This document shows, in pieces, positions 29,680-40,288 of a stretch of 64,000 nt of DNA. The position numbers were made by a program, and so were the translations under genes. Numbering within the stretch: position 1 is the first letter of the stretch; each line of letters starts with the position of its first letter. A model generated the notes under the pieces. It saw only the letters and a list, made by a program, of their open reading frames with translations, did no database searches and was not told the DNA's origin. This DNA comes from an uncultured Candidatus Saccharibacteria bacterium. GTDB lineage: Bacteria; Patescibacteriota; Minisyncoccia; Phycocordibacterales; UBA2100. The DNA lies in the NCBI GenBank assembly GCA_964545165.1, contig CAZJEQ010000003.1, positions 52,990-116,989 on the forward strand, given 5' to 3'.

Positions 29680-30645
29680 ATGGCACTGCGCGCACGCGAT
29701 ATCCGCACGCTCCTCTTTTCGGCGCTCGATCTTCTGCAACTTCCACGCCTCGTGCAGACCACCGCGCCTCGTATTCTGCTCTATCACGGGGTGACCGACG
29801 AGCACGGTGAAGGCATTTTCAACTATCGCGGTAAATTCGTGACGACGCGCGCTTTCCGCGCGCACCTCACGTACTTCAAACGCACCTTCGAGGTCGTGGG
29901 ACTCGCCGAACAGGTGGAGCGCATCAAGGCGGGCACTGCCGCGCGTACGTTGTCGATCACGTTCGACGATGGCTATGCCAACAATTATCACGAGGCATTC
30001 CCTATTCTGCGCGAGCTTGGTGTGCCAGCGACATTTTTCGTGACGACCGACTTTGTCGACAAGAAGCAGCCGCTTCCGGTCGACATCATTGAGTACGCAA
30101 TCGGCGCGGCCAGTGGATCACGCGAGGACCGCATCAAGACAGATCTCGCACTGCGCCAAAAGATGAAGGCACTCCCCGTAGCGGACGCGCGTGCACTCTT
30201 GGAAGAGGTCATCCGCACATACGGCCGCGATCTGCGCATAGATATCGAGCGCACATCGTATCGCCCGCTGACCTGGCAGCAAGTAGCAGAGATGGAATCG
30301 GCTGGCATGACCTTTGCACCGCATACGCGTACGCACCCCATCCTCTCTCGCCTCTCACAAAGTGAGGCGCGCGAGGAGATCGTCGGATCAAAAGAGGCGC
30401 TTGCCGCACATGCCGCGCATCCGCTCAATATCTTCGCCTGTCCCAACGGCGGCACAGACGACTTTACCGCCGAGACGATCGAGATCCTCAAGACAGCGGG
30501 ATTCGCCGCCTCGCTCACGACCGACGCGCGCGCCATCGTACCGACCGACGACGCATTTGCCTTGCCGCGCTTCACGATGGATGGCGCCAACGACATGTCC
30601 CGCGCGAGACTGATCGTCAGCGGTCTCTACAATAAGCTCACGTAA
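29680..30645 (+). CDS. Polysaccharide deacetylase (NodB homology domain)
   Basis: LSITFDDGYANNYHEAFPILRELGVPATFFV. Confidence 0.8.
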   Translation: MALRARDIRTLLFSALDLLQLPRLVQTTAPRILLYHGVTDEHGEGIFNYRGKFVTTRAFRAHLTYFKRTFEVVGLAEQVERIKAGTAARTLSITFDDGYANNYHEAFPILRELGVPATFFVTTDFVDKKQPLPVDIIEYAIGAASGSREDRIKTDLALRQKMKALPVADARALLEEVIRTYGRDLRIDIERTSYRPLTWQQVAEMESAGMTFAPHTRTHPILSRLSQSEAREEIVGSKEALAAHAAHPLNIFACPNGGTDDFTAETIEILKTAGFAASLTTDARAIVPTDDAFALPRFTMDGANDMSRARLIVSGLYNKLT

Positions 30646-31489
30646 TGATGCGGCGCAGAAGTGCTCGCACGACGCGCTGCACAAGTGCGAGGGCTCGGTG
30701 CGCAGGGCTGCCAAAAGTGCGCGAGACGATGTAGTGCTCGACACCACCAAACCCTTTTTTGAAATCGAGATGCGATTTGTCGTGCGCACCGGTGAGCCCA
30801 AAGTCGATGACCCGCGCTCCTTCGGTGATCGCGAGACGAATCATTTCGTCGTAGACGAGATTATTCACCCGCTGTGGCCAGCGGGAGGGGTCTGAGACGT
30901 TTTCCAAGAGATGTACGTATTCGCTGTGCACAATGTATACGGTGCTTCCCACGATCTTCTCGCCATCTCGTGCAACAACACAGCGCAGCGTATCGCCAAA
31001 GCACGCTTCAAGAGTTTTGAAATATTCGAGCCCGTGGGGCTTGGAGCCCAATCGGCCACGCGTCTCGAGATACAGATCGTGCCAGCCTGCTGGAATGGAT
31101 CCCCGTAAGACTTCGAGTGTAAACGAGGCTTCGCGCGCTCGCCTTGTCTGATTGCGCGTCTTGCCGTCGTAGAGATCCATGCGCGACTCGGCACGCATGC
31201 CTGGAGGGACAGCGAGCACGGGATGGAGATGTCGCGCGCGGAAGCGGTCTTGCGGGAGCGAAAAGCAACCCTCGACGACACCGTGTCTTCGCCCAATGAT
31301 CTCGGCTCGCTGTACAATCGCGGCACTGTCGCCAACAGTATAGAAACTTCCCCATCCGCCCCAAAAGAGTTTACCCCGGCTATCACGGTAGAGCGGCATG
31401 CCCTCTTCCTCAGCAACAAATGTCACACCAAATGCACGCTGCAAGAACGTAGCTGCGCCAGGATGCCGTGAGAGGCCGTACGTGGTCAT
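30638..31489 (-). CDS. GNAT-fold acyltransferase (FemAB/BioF2-like)
   Basis: Weak family resemblance only; the start is uncertain. Confidence 0.4.
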   Translation of the reverse strand: MTTYGLSRHPGAATFLQRAFGVTFVAEEEGMPLYRDSRGKLFWGGWGSFYTVGDSAAIVQRAEIIGRRHGVVEGCFSLPQDRFRARHLHPVLAVPPGMRAESRMDLYDGKTRNQTRRAREASFTLEVLRGSIPAGWHDLYLETRGRLGSKPHGLEYFKTLEACFGDTLRCVVARDGEKIVGSTVYIVHSEYVHLLENVSDPSRWPQRVNNLVYDEMIRLAITEGARVIDFGLTGAHDKSHLDFKKGFGGVEHYIVSRTFGSPAHRALALVQRVVRALLRRIIT

Positions 31490-32688
31490 ATTGCCATATG
31501 GTGCCACTCATTCACTGCTTTTGCGATGGCAAGCGCATCCGCTTTCGAGACATGCCGATGCGTCGGCAGATTGGCGATATGCTCAGCCATCTTCTCTGCC
31601 GTCGGACACTCGCCGGCGTACGAGGTGAGTGGCAAAACCTTTTTAGGGGCGACCGGCGCGTCGTACCACGTGTCGTGAATATCCACGCCGATTTTCTTGA
31701 GTGTCGCGATAAGGCCCTCTCTATTCCTTACGCGAACGGGGAAGCGCAGTACGGTAGCGTGTGGGATCGCGGCACATGCCTCGGCGAGCACAAGAGCCTG
31801 CTCGAGCTCTCGCGTATAGATCGCGGCAATCTCTCGGCGGTGCGCGATATCTTTCTCAAGACCGATGAGCACTTCCAGCGTGCGCCTGCAGAGCGCATCG
31901 GGCAATTCGCGTGCCTGCTTCTTCTTTTGTGAAGACTGCGTGGCGGGCTGCATTTTGTAGAAGGACCGGAGCAGTGCCTGTATGCCTTTGCCGAGACCGA
32001 TGGGGTAGGTCATGCGGATGATGACCGTGATGAGGAGGTACAGACGATTTTTCATCTGCTGAGAAAATGTCACGGGCGTGCGAGCCACAGAAATGTGCGA
32101 CTGGTATGCGGCGTTGCGCACTACCAACGCACCACCAGAAATCGCATCTACGATTTTGTCCTGGCTGAAGGACAGCATGGTGAGATCCCCCATGGTACCC
32201 ACCTCCTCTCCCGAGTCGTAGCGCGTACCCACCGAATGCGCGAGATCTTCGATAAGCACGACGCCACGCTCTTTGCAGAGCTGTGCTATGGCGCCAATCT
32301 CGCACGGAAATCCGAGCGTGTTTTGTATGATCGCGACTTTGATATCTGGATTCTTATCGAGTGCTGCGCGGAGTGTATCGGCAGAGAAATTGAGCGATGT
32401 CTCAGTGATATCGAGATAGCGGGGCACATATCCGCTTTTCACGACTGCTTCGTATACCGCAAAACATGTAAACCCATTGATAGCGACCCCGGAGCCGGGT
32501 GCACCAATTGCATCGAGTGCGAGACCAAGTGCTTCGCGCCCCTTATAGGTCAAAAAGGTCTTACCGCCGTATCGCGTATCAAGCAGGTCGATGAGTCGCT
32601 GACGCGCACCTGTGCTGCCCACAGAAAACAACACGCGTAGCGCCGACACGAACGTGTAGTTGGAGCCCAAAGAATTAAAGATGTTCAT
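31486..32688 (-). CDS. DegT/DnrJ/EryC1/StrS-family sugar aminotransferase
   Basis: Start set at internal M29 (MNIFNSLGSNY...). Confidence 0.85.
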   Translation of the reverse strand: MNIFNSLGSNYTFVSALRVLFSVGSTGARQRLIDLLDTRYGGKTFLTYKGREALGLALDAIGAPGSGVAINGFTCFAVYEAVVKSGYVPRYLDITETSLNFSADTLRAALDKNPDIKVAIIQNTLGFPCEIGAIAQLCKERGVVLIEDLAHSVGTRYDSGEEVGTMGDLTMLSFSQDKIVDAISGGALVVRNAAYQSHISVARTPVTFSQQMKNRLYLLITVIIRMTYPIGLGKGIQALLRSFYKMQPATQSSQKKKQARELPDALCRRTLEVLIGLEKDIAHRREIAAIYTRELEQALVLAEACAAIPHATVLRFPVRVRNREGLIATLKKIGVDIHDTWYDAPVAPKKVLPLTSYAGECPTAEKMAEHIANLPTHRHVSKADALAIAKAVNEWHHMAI

Positions 32689-32794
32689 GTTGTGTACGTG
32701 CGCATTGTGCGGCTCTGCCTGTGAAAGATCAATTCTCCGGATGTGCGTGCACCTCTCCGCGGGCCATGCCATAGTGGTCTCATATTTACTTCGT

Positions 32795-33439
32795 ATGGAC
32801 GTGACGAAACAATCATTTGAGAGTGCCGCCGGCGTTCAGGCGATGAATGTCCATGGATTACGCGATGGGGAGGAGCGCATCATTACCCATTTCGCTCCCG
32901 CGAGCCGCATACTCGATATTGGATGCGGTACGGGCCGTACCACCGCCATATTGAAAGACCGCGGATTCAACGTGGTCGGTATGGACTACTCGGCGGCAAT
33001 GATCGCGAAAGCGCGCGCGCAGCGACCTGATATTACATACGATGTTATGGATGCATCCGCACTCTCATACGCCGATGCGTCCTTCGACAATGCATTCTTT
33101 TCGTATAACGGCCTCGGCTTTGTGTATCCCGAGGCAGCACGCCTCAAAGCGCTCTCGGAGATCCATCGCATCCTCAAGCCCGGTGGTATCTTCGCCTATT
33201 CATCACATCGCTTAGTCATGCCCAACACAATCGGCCGCTTAAAGAATGATCTTATGTCGATGATGCACGGCTACGTGTACCCCTATCATCGCACCGCAGA
33301 GCAGGGCGAGTCGATTGTGATGATCGGCTATCGAGGCTCAAAGGCGCGGCAGATTGCGCAGCTGAAAGCGGCGGGTTTCGAGCTTCTTGAATGCTTCACG
33401 GCCAAAGACGATTTCTATATTTGTCGCAAATCTCGCTAG
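32795..33439 (+). CDS. Class I SAM-dependent methyltransferase
   Basis: ILDIGCGTGRTTAILKDRGFNVVGMDYS. Start set at internal M46. Confidence 0.7.
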   Translation: MDVTKQSFESAAGVQAMNVHGLRDGEERIITHFAPASRILDIGCGTGRTTAILKDRGFNVVGMDYSAAMIAKARAQRPDITYDVMDASALSYADASFDNAFFSYNGLGFVYPEAARLKALSEIHRILKPGGIFAYSSHRLVMPNTIGRLKNDLMSMMHGYVYPYHRTAEQGESIVMIGYRGSKARQIAQLKAAGFELLECFTAKDDFYICRKSR

Positions 33440-35568
33440 AGTCTTCCGATCCAACCTTTGAGGCGCAGCGTGACGAACGAGACAAGGAGCATAAGTCCAT
33501 GACGAACGGGGAAGAGCTTGCTCTCTCCGATACGGACACGGTACGGAATGTGATACTCCGCAAAACGTACGCCTGGCGCGCGTGCGGCACGTATTTTGAT
33601 TTCTTGTGAGAAGGGCATGTCATCACTCTCCGGCATGATGCGATCAATGAGATCCCGCTTGAAAACCCACATTCCTGATTGTGAATCGCTCAGCGAGAGT
33701 AGGAAGAGCGTGTTCGCGATAAAGGTAAATCCCCAATTGCCGAGGCGGCGGATCATGGTCATCGATTCGCTATTGGTCAGCGGGAATCGCGAGGCGGATA
33801 CGAAATCCAGGTCATTGTCATTGAGGAATTTGAGGATCTGTGGCAACTCCTCTGCGGGATACTGATTGTCCGCATCGAATGAGGCGATGATGCGCCCTTC
33901 CGCGGAGCGGAATCCACACGCGAGCGCCGCACCATACCCCTGTTTGTCTTCGCGCACGACACGCGCGCCATTTTCTGTGGCAACCTGCGCACTGTTGTCG
34001 GTCGAATTATTGTCGACCAACACGATTTCGCGGACACCCTTCGGGATGGCGGCAATGACCGGACGAATAGAATGTTCTTCGTTGTAACAAGGAATGACCA
34101 CTGACACCTCAGCAAGCGTCGCACCGGGATGAGTGGTATCACGCGTACGCTCGTTCTTCGCCTTCTGCATGCGCGACACAATAGCATATGCACCGACTAC
34201 CGCGAGAATCGCGATGTACGGCGCGGCCGGAACCCGATAGCGCGCCATGGCAAGCGGCCCCGTGAGGATCGCAAAATAGCCGATGAGGCCGGCGAGGATG
34301 AGTATTTCGATACGTCGCCAATTTATGGCCCAGCCGATCAAAGCGAGGAGCGTCAGCGCGAGGAGTACGAGACTCTCGAGAATGATGGGCAGCGCAAAGC
34401 TGATCGCTCGCAGATCAGCGGGGAGTGCGAGTGCCTCTTTGACCGTATTGAGTGTCGACGAGGTAAATCCAACATTGTCGCGCTGCTGCGCAAGGATTTG
34501 CTTATAGGCGGTAGCGCTCCCACTCAGAAAATAAATAGGTAGATGCGCAAGGTGGAACTGCGCGTAATGCAGCGGATCGGCACTGATGAAGTACTTGGCG
34601 AGGGCACCATCATAATTATCGGCGCGCTCACCTACTGGTACGATCTGCGCCTGCGCTGCGGCAATATCGCGATCGACCGCGGCAAATTCAGGTGCTTCAA
34701 GATGCCGCGCAGGGTAAAAGACAGACGTTGGGTGTGTCTTCTCCATTTCGCGCCATGCCAAAAAATCACGCACAAACCAAAACATCAGATTCCCCGATCC
34801 CCCGTGCGCGATCTCAGCCTTGCCGAAAATCGCATGATTGCGCATAAGCCACGGCGTCAGCAAGATCGCGATGATGACGAAATACACACCGATCGCGCTC
34901 AAGAGCGCACGCAGACGCACCTCACGTGCGACATACTCTTTGACCACCAAGGCTACTGGCAAGACAAGGATGAGGAATTGTCCGATCGCGCGATTGAGCG
35001 TTGCAATCGCGACCAGTGCGCCGACCAGTGCCCAGCGGAAAAAAAGCGTCGGACGCGAGGTAAAGAACGCAAGATAGATCGCTAAAACGATGAGTGATGC
35101 GAAGAGTCCGTCGGACATAATAGTGGTATTCGAAAACACCACCATCGGATCAAGACCAAACATCAACGCGGCGAGTACCGCGAATGCGGGCGGCACAAAG
35201 CGTCGAGCCACCAGATATACGAGCGCAGCGGCGAGGAGCGCGAGCAACGTTTGAATAACAACGGTAGGAGTAAAAGAGCCGGTCACCGCTTTCACGGCAG
35301 CGAGAAATGCTGGGTAGCCAGGCGGCCACATGCGGTGCGGTGTCAAATCCGGCAGATCCGCAAAAACGCCATGCTCAAGGAGCGTATCCGCATACTGCGC
35401 ATAGGAGAGCGAGTCTCCAGGCACGATCGGATAGACGGGCACCATCGCATTGCCTGCTGAAGCCACGCTCATGTAGACAAACGAAAGCAGGTGCGCGCAC
35501 AGCACGAGGAGGACAACAAAAATGATGAGCGTGCGGTCGCGCGAGCGAAGATCAGGGAGGGCTTCCAT
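33436..35568 (-). CDS. Fusion protein: N-terminal ArnT/GT39-like polytopic domain + C-terminal GT2 polyprenol-phosphate glycosyltransferase (ArnC/DPM1-like)
   Basis: 12+ TM helices. The C-terminal region VSVVIPCYNEEHSI...LVDNNSTDNS...SFDADNQYP is a GT2 domain. Confidence 0.75.
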   Translation of the reverse strand: MEALPDLRSRDRTLIIFVVLLVLCAHLLSFVYMSVASAGNAMVPVYPIVPGDSLSYAQYADTLLEHGVFADLPDLTPHRMWPPGYPAFLAAVKAVTGSFTPTVVIQTLLALLAAALVYLVARRFVPPAFAVLAALMFGLDPMVVFSNTTIMSDGLFASLIVLAIYLAFFTSRPTLFFRWALVGALVAIATLNRAIGQFLILVLPVALVVKEYVAREVRLRALLSAIGVYFVIIAILLTPWLMRNHAIFGKAEIAHGGSGNLMFWFVRDFLAWREMEKTHPTSVFYPARHLEAPEFAAVDRDIAAAQAQIVPVGERADNYDGALAKYFISADPLHYAQFHLAHLPIYFLSGSATAYKQILAQQRDNVGFTSSTLNTVKEALALPADLRAISFALPIILESLVLLALTLLALIGWAINWRRIEILILAGLIGYFAILTGPLAMARYRVPAAPYIAILAVVGAYAIVSRMQKAKNERTRDTTHPGATLAEVSVVIPCYNEEHSIRPVIAAIPKGVREIVLVDNNSTDNSAQVATENGARVVREDKQGYGAALACGFRSAEGRIIASFDADNQYPAEELPQILKFLNDNDLDFVSASRFPLTNSESMTMIRRLGNWGFTFIANTLFLLSLSDSQSGMWVFKRDLIDRIMPESDDMPFSQEIKIRAARAPGVRFAEYHIPYRVRIGESKLFPVRHGLMLLVSFVTLRLKGWIGRL

Positions 35569-35573
35569 ACGAA

Positions 35574-36644
35574 TTATCCTTGCGCTGCACGCACTGCTTT
35601 GAGGTACGCCGCTACGTATTCTTCAAATGACTGGTACGGATAGTCGCGAAGTATTCCTTCACGCTTGCCGTTTGTGAACCATTCACGAAGCGCTTCAGGA
35701 AATGCGTCCCCAGAGACGACCTGCGCACCTGCTTCGCGTGCGATGCCGACATCGGTCGAGAGAACTGGTGTGCCACTCGCGAGTGCTTCCACGATAACGA
35801 GTCCGTACCCTTCGTAGCGCGACGTCACGAGCACGAGATCCGCAACGGAATAGTAGGGAGCGGCTGCTTGTTCACCCTCGAAAAACACCCGCTCAGCGAC
35901 CTTGAGCTTGCGGACTTTATCTTCGAGGAGCGCGCGCTCGCTACCGGTGCCCACAATAATGAGGCATGCATCTGCCGGAGCCGAAAGCGCGAATGCCTCT
36001 ACAGCAAGGCACGGATGCTTCTCTCGCTCCAGACGCCCTACGAACAGCAGCTTTGTATTGAACGACGAAAAGCGCGCGGCAAGTGCTTGATGTGGCGGTG
36101 CTTGTCGCAACATCTCCACATCGGCAAATATCGGGAGTACGAAGATCGGACAACTGAAGGCACTGTGCTTCTCTATCGATCGCTTGATGCGCTCGGATAC
36201 CACACGAATACTGCCAGCACGCGCGAGGACAAAACGCGCGATCATTACACGGATGGTATTGAGGATCGAATGCGCATGGTACGCCGGGTCGAAGAGGTCG
36301 GTGTGGACCTGCACATGGAGTGGAACGCCCTGCATGCGCGCGATCACATACGCGATGAGCCCTGCTTCAAAGGGGTCCTGCGCCGAAATGACATCGGGGC
36401 GCGGGAGCCGCCGTGCAATACGCAGCGCATCAAGTCCATAGAATATCTTTGCGGCTGAATTGGTCGGATATACCGCAAGCTGCCCGCTCCTGCGCTCGGC
36501 AAACCCATCACTCACGAGCGAGAAACTAATATCGTCGAGCGCACCAAAGGCGCGGGCGTATGCTTCCTGCCGTGCGCTGCCCGCGCTTCCTGCCACCAGG
36601 TCGCCGCGCTGCGATCTGTCGGATCCGATCTGGAGGACTCTCAT
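35574..36644 (-). CDS. GT4 glycosyltransferase
   Basis: C-terminal EGYGLVIVEALASGTPVLSTDVG. Confidence 0.75.
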   Translation of the reverse strand: MRVLQIGSDRSQRGDLVAGSAGSARQEAYARAFGALDDISFSLVSDGFAERRSGQLAVYPTNSAAKIFYGLDALRIARRLPRPDVISAQDPFEAGLIAYVIARMQGVPLHVQVHTDLFDPAYHAHSILNTIRVMIARFVLARAGSIRVVSERIKRSIEKHSAFSCPIFVLPIFADVEMLRQAPPHQALAARFSSFNTKLLFVGRLEREKHPCLAVEAFALSAPADACLIIVGTGSERALLEDKVRKLKVAERVFFEGEQAAAPYYSVADLVLVTSRYEGYGLVIVEALASGTPVLSTDVGIAREAGAQVVSGDAFPEALREWFTNGKREGILRDYPYQSFEEYVAAYLKAVRAAQG

Positions 36645-37636
36645 GCGCGCGGTGTGAGGGCAATAAATTCTCGGGCAATGTCCTCATAGGTGCGTACCTC
36701 TTGAAACGCAGCGATCGTGTGCCGCATCCGGTTGTACTCATCACCGTCGAGGAGGCGCTCAATACCCTGCGCCATGCTCTCTTCGTCGAGCGGATCAACG
36801 ATGACGCCCATACCCTTGAAATACTCGGCATAGCCGGAGTATTTGGTAAGCAAGAAGGGTTTCCCGCAACGAATCGCCTCAAGGATGAAATTCGGCGTCA
36901 CATCGGAAACAGACGGCAGCACGACCGCATACGCTTTTTTCATACGTGCCATGACCTCGTCATGCGGCACCGTACCTTCTTCAAGCACGATATCGGGATG
37001 CTGCGCGCGTACGCGGTCAAAGGCGCGACGGAAAGCAGGCGCATTCTTGAGCTTGATCTGTCGCCCGAAATAGATGAAATTCTTTTGTGTAGCAGGCACA
37101 CCACCGAGCTTCTCAGGCATCGCATTTTCAATCACGTGCGTATGATCCTCATCGAGCAGGTACGCCTCGCCCCAGATCCGCTTCTGCCACTCCGATGAAA
37201 AGGCAACATCTACATTCTGCAAAACAAACTGCGTCACACGATAAAGTAATCGCTCCTTTCCATTCCATTTCTCTTGCTGTTGATAGAAGCTCGGAAGCGG
37301 CACCAAATCACCCGTACGCTCCACGTAGCGCTCCCAGATAAAATCACCGCCAATGCGCGCGACCGTGCACACACCACGCACCTGCTTCACGATGGCCGCC
37401 GGTAGGCCCGTCGTCATCGTGTCGAAGGCAATCACAAGGTCCGCCCCGATCGAGGCGCGCACGAGTCGGATGGTGTAGACCAGGTGGCGAATACCGCTCG
37501 GATACTTGATTGCACTAAAAACTTGGAGGTCCACCGTGTGACCCATCTTCTCGAGGGCGTCTTTGAGCCCCTTCGCATAGGTCGCAGGACCGCCGATATC
37601 CGGCGGGAAAATACTCGTGGCGAGCACGATCTTCAT
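36641..37636 (-). CDS. GT4 glycosyltransferase
   Basis: MKIVLATSIFPPDIGGPATYAKGLKDAL. Confidence 0.75.
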   Translation of the reverse strand: MKIVLATSIFPPDIGGPATYAKGLKDALEKMGHTVDLQVFSAIKYPSGIRHLVYTIRLVRASIGADLVIAFDTMTTGLPAAIVKQVRGVCTVARIGGDFIWERYVERTGDLVPLPSFYQQQEKWNGKERLLYRVTQFVLQNVDVAFSSEWQKRIWGEAYLLDEDHTHVIENAMPEKLGGVPATQKNFIYFGRQIKLKNAPAFRRAFDRVRAQHPDIVLEEGTVPHDEVMARMKKAYAVVLPSVSDVTPNFILEAIRCGKPFLLTKYSGYAEYFKGMGVIVDPLDEESMAQGIERLLDGDEYNRMRHTIAAFQEVRTYEDIAREFIALTPRA

Positions 37637-37693
37637 GGACGTAACTATACCCCGTGAGATATGCGCTCGGAATACCCAGGAAAATGTACACCT

Positions 37694-38911
37694 TTACCTC
37701 ACGTGATGTATCAAAAGCGCCTCAAATACGCGCTCTTTCATTGCCTTAGCGATCACACTCCAATCGTACTTCTCAGCGACGAGCTTTTTTGCACTGTCGA
37801 CAACGTGCTTGACCAAGACTGGGTTCTGCATGTAGCGCTCCACAGCGCGCGCGATAGATGCGGGATCTTGCACCGCACAAAAGACGCCTGTCTCACCATC
37901 GGTGAGAAAATCTGGGATGCCACCGACGGGTGTTGCGACAACGGGAATCCCTGCGGCAAATGCTTCTACGAATGAATTGCCGAATCCCTCGATGATGGAG
38001 GGGCGCACAAAGATGTCTGATATCTGGTAGAGCGCGGGGAGCGTCTCATGCCCGATGTGTCCTGCCCATATGACGCGGTCGCTGACACCCGATTCCTCGG
38101 CGATGCGCTCAAGCGCTGCGTGATCCTCCCCGCTCCCCGCGACGAGGAGCTTCACATTGGCAGGCAGATGTGGGAGTGCGCGGATGATGTCTTCCACGCC
38201 TCGCGACAAGACGAGTCGCGAGGCAGTGAAGAGAAAGACATCACCCATGTGTTTATTGAAACGGACCTTCAGCTCCATCGCCCGCTCTTCCGAGATTCGC
38301 TCGGAAAACTTCGCGACGTCCACGGCATTTGGAATCACTTCGATGCGCTTGGTATAGCCGAGCATACGCATCTCTTTGGCAATGAAATTCGAAATCGCTT
38401 TTACGAGATCGGCCTTTAGGTAGATCTGTTTGTAAAGGGGCCAGATGAGCGCGAGGAGTGGGCGACGAGTAGCCATCTCCACGAGCGCTCGCCCATCCTG
38501 CAATTCGAGATAATACGGTGTCTTGGGATGCGTCCACTTGAAGAAGAGCGCGGCGAATGCCGCCTGATTGGCCATCAGCGCCCAGGTCATGTCGTATCGC
38601 TGCTCGGCATGCAGACGCAGTGCTGTGAAAAATGCCGTGAAGGGAAATAGCGCCTTGGCCATTTTGAGCGCGAAGGGGAGTGCGCGATCGGAGACTTTTG
38701 CATTCGCGACGGTAAAACCGATGCGATGCACCGTGATATTCCCTACCCGCTCGACTCGCGGCAAGGCGCTATCGAAGCGCAGTGTAATCATGTCGAACTG
38801 GTACTCATTCGGATCGAGTCGATCGGTGATCTCTTTCATCGCCACCTCTGCCCCACCAACATATGGGAAATACGTGAGGGAAAATATGAGAATCCGTTTC
38901 ATTGCTGTCAT
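37694..38911 (-). CDS. GT4 glycosyltransferase
   Basis: LTYFPYVGGAEVAMKEI...EGFGNSFVEAFAAGIPVV. Confidence 0.8.
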   Translation of the reverse strand: MTAMKRILIFSLTYFPYVGGAEVAMKEITDRLDPNEYQFDMITLRFDSALPRVERVGNITVHRIGFTVANAKVSDRALPFALKMAKALFPFTAFFTALRLHAEQRYDMTWALMANQAAFAALFFKWTHPKTPYYLELQDGRALVEMATRRPLLALIWPLYKQIYLKADLVKAISNFIAKEMRMLGYTKRIEVIPNAVDVAKFSERISEERAMELKVRFNKHMGDVFLFTASRLVLSRGVEDIIRALPHLPANVKLLVAGSGEDHAALERIAEESGVSDRVIWAGHIGHETLPALYQISDIFVRPSIIEGFGNSFVEAFAAGIPVVATPVGGIPDFLTDGETGVFCAVQDPASIARAVERYMQNPVLVKHVVDSAKKLVAEKYDWSVIAKAMKERVFEALLIHHVR

Positions 38912-38982
38912 CCTAGCGGGTATTCATAAAAACCGAAAGCGCGTCACGACCAAATGTCGTGACGCGTAGAGATCAGGGAATT

Positions 38983-39447
38983 TCACTTGGGCGCGGTCGC
39001 AATGAGCCCTGCTCCTGCGACCACTAGGATGATGCCCGCAAATGCTCGCCAACTCCAGGCTGCGGCGTCGAAGTACTGCGGCGCGCACCACGCGAGCACG
39101 ATCGCCGCGACGAAGGTCAGGGGGCTCGCGATGTTGGAGACCGCGACCGCAAGACCAGAATTCGGTGCGATCATCACCGCGTGGAAGAGCATGTTATTGG
39201 CGAGTCCACCAAAGACCAGCCCGACGCAGAGAATTCCCGCGACGATCTGCCATGAGGGGAAAAACTCCACCCGAGGCGTTGCGAGGCACAGTCCGAAGAG
39301 CGTGACAGAAACGGCGCTCCCCACGAAGTACCAGACCACGAAGACACTGCTCGGGACGCCGAAATTCTTACTGAAAAACGGCATGGCGAGCCACGCCGGC
39401 GCGAGCAAGAGGGCCGCGAGAGCAGATTGGGTAAGCCAGGTGGGCAT
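38983..39447 (-). CDS. Small 4-TM EamA/SMR-like transporter, possibly a polyprenyl-phospho-sugar flippase subunit (ArnE/ArnF-like)
   Basis: 154 aa, four predicted TM helices. It lies next to ArnT/ArnC-like genes. Confidence 0.45.
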   Translation of the reverse strand: MPTWLTQSALAALLLAPAWLAMPFFSKNFGVPSSVFVVWYFVGSAVSVTLFGLCLATPRVEFFPSWQIVAGILCVGLVFGGLANNMLFHAVMIAPNSGLAVAVSNIASPLTFVAAIVLAWCAPQYFDAAAWSWRAFAGIILVVAGAGLIATAPK

Positions 39448-39518
39448 GAAGCCTCCTCAAATTTTGACGGCCCTGATTAGAGCACTATTTCAATAAGGTG
39501 TCGAGTCAAGCGAGAACC

Positions 39519-39562
39519 CTATAGAAATACAAAACGCCACGGTCATCGAAGTCCGTGGCGTT
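39519..39562 (-). terminator. Rho-independent terminator after the DUF218 gene
   Basis: 10-bp stem aacgccacgg/ccgtggcgtt, followed on the minus strand by TTTTGTATTTCTAT. Confidence 0.55.
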
Positions 39563-39584
39563 CCTAAAGTTCAATTGTTCTGCT

Positions 39585-40217
39585 CTACGCCGGAAGCGGC
39601 TTGTAGGTGCCGGTGAGAACGCTGGCAATCCCGCGCAGCTCGAGCATGTCGCGAAAAGCGAGGTCGCCTTCGCCAAACGCTTCGAGCATGGACTGGAAGC
39701 GATCCGGGTCTTCGACGAGCAGGAACGCTTCGGCCGGCCATCGCGGAATGTGACGCACGTACAGACCGGACATCTGCGCCTCAAGCCGCGCAAGGTGATA
39801 CTTGCTGCTGACCAAGGCGTAGTTTTCAGGGGCGAATCCGCCCATCTCCCGCTCCATGACAGAATACGCATCCATCGACGTGGTGGTGCCGGATTGCGTG
39901 TGGGCAACGATCTCGCCGGCGGCACCGAAGTCCTTCTCGAGAATAGCCTTGAAGGCTTCGCTCCGGCTGATGTGCTCATCCGGATAGCGATCCTCCTTCC
40001 CGCCGATGATCACGATGCGGTCGGCGAAGCCAAGCCGGGTCATGGCGGCGATGCCACGAAAACGCAGCTCGCCGAAGAGACAGGCCGGCGAAGCCACCTT
40101 CAGCGTCGAGTATTGGAGCTCGGCACATCGAAAGCCGCTCTTGGCCTTGTCACACTTCTCGACTTCTGCAGTCATGCAGAAAGCAGTCAACTTCCGATTA
40201 AGCAGTTTCTTTGACAT
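39585..40217 (-). CDS. DUF218 (YdcF-like) domain protein, second copy
   Basis: IVIIGGKEDR...LVSSKYHLARLEA. A GGAGG SD lies 7 nt upstream of the ATG. Confidence 0.6.
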   Translation of the reverse strand: MSKKLLNRKLTAFCMTAEVEKCDKAKSGFRCAELQYSTLKVASPACLFGELRFRGIAAMTRLGFADRIVIIGGKEDRYPDEHISRSEAFKAILEKDFGAAGEIVAHTQSGTTTSMDAYSVMEREMGGFAPENYALVSSKYHLARLEAQMSGLYVRHIPRWPAEAFLLVEDPDRFQSMLEAFGEGDLAFRDMLELRGIASVLTGTYKPLPA

Positions 40218-40288
40218 CTCTACCTCCTCAACGAACAGGAGGGAGATTATGCCACCTAAATATACTTTTGTCTAGTAGTCACACGAGC

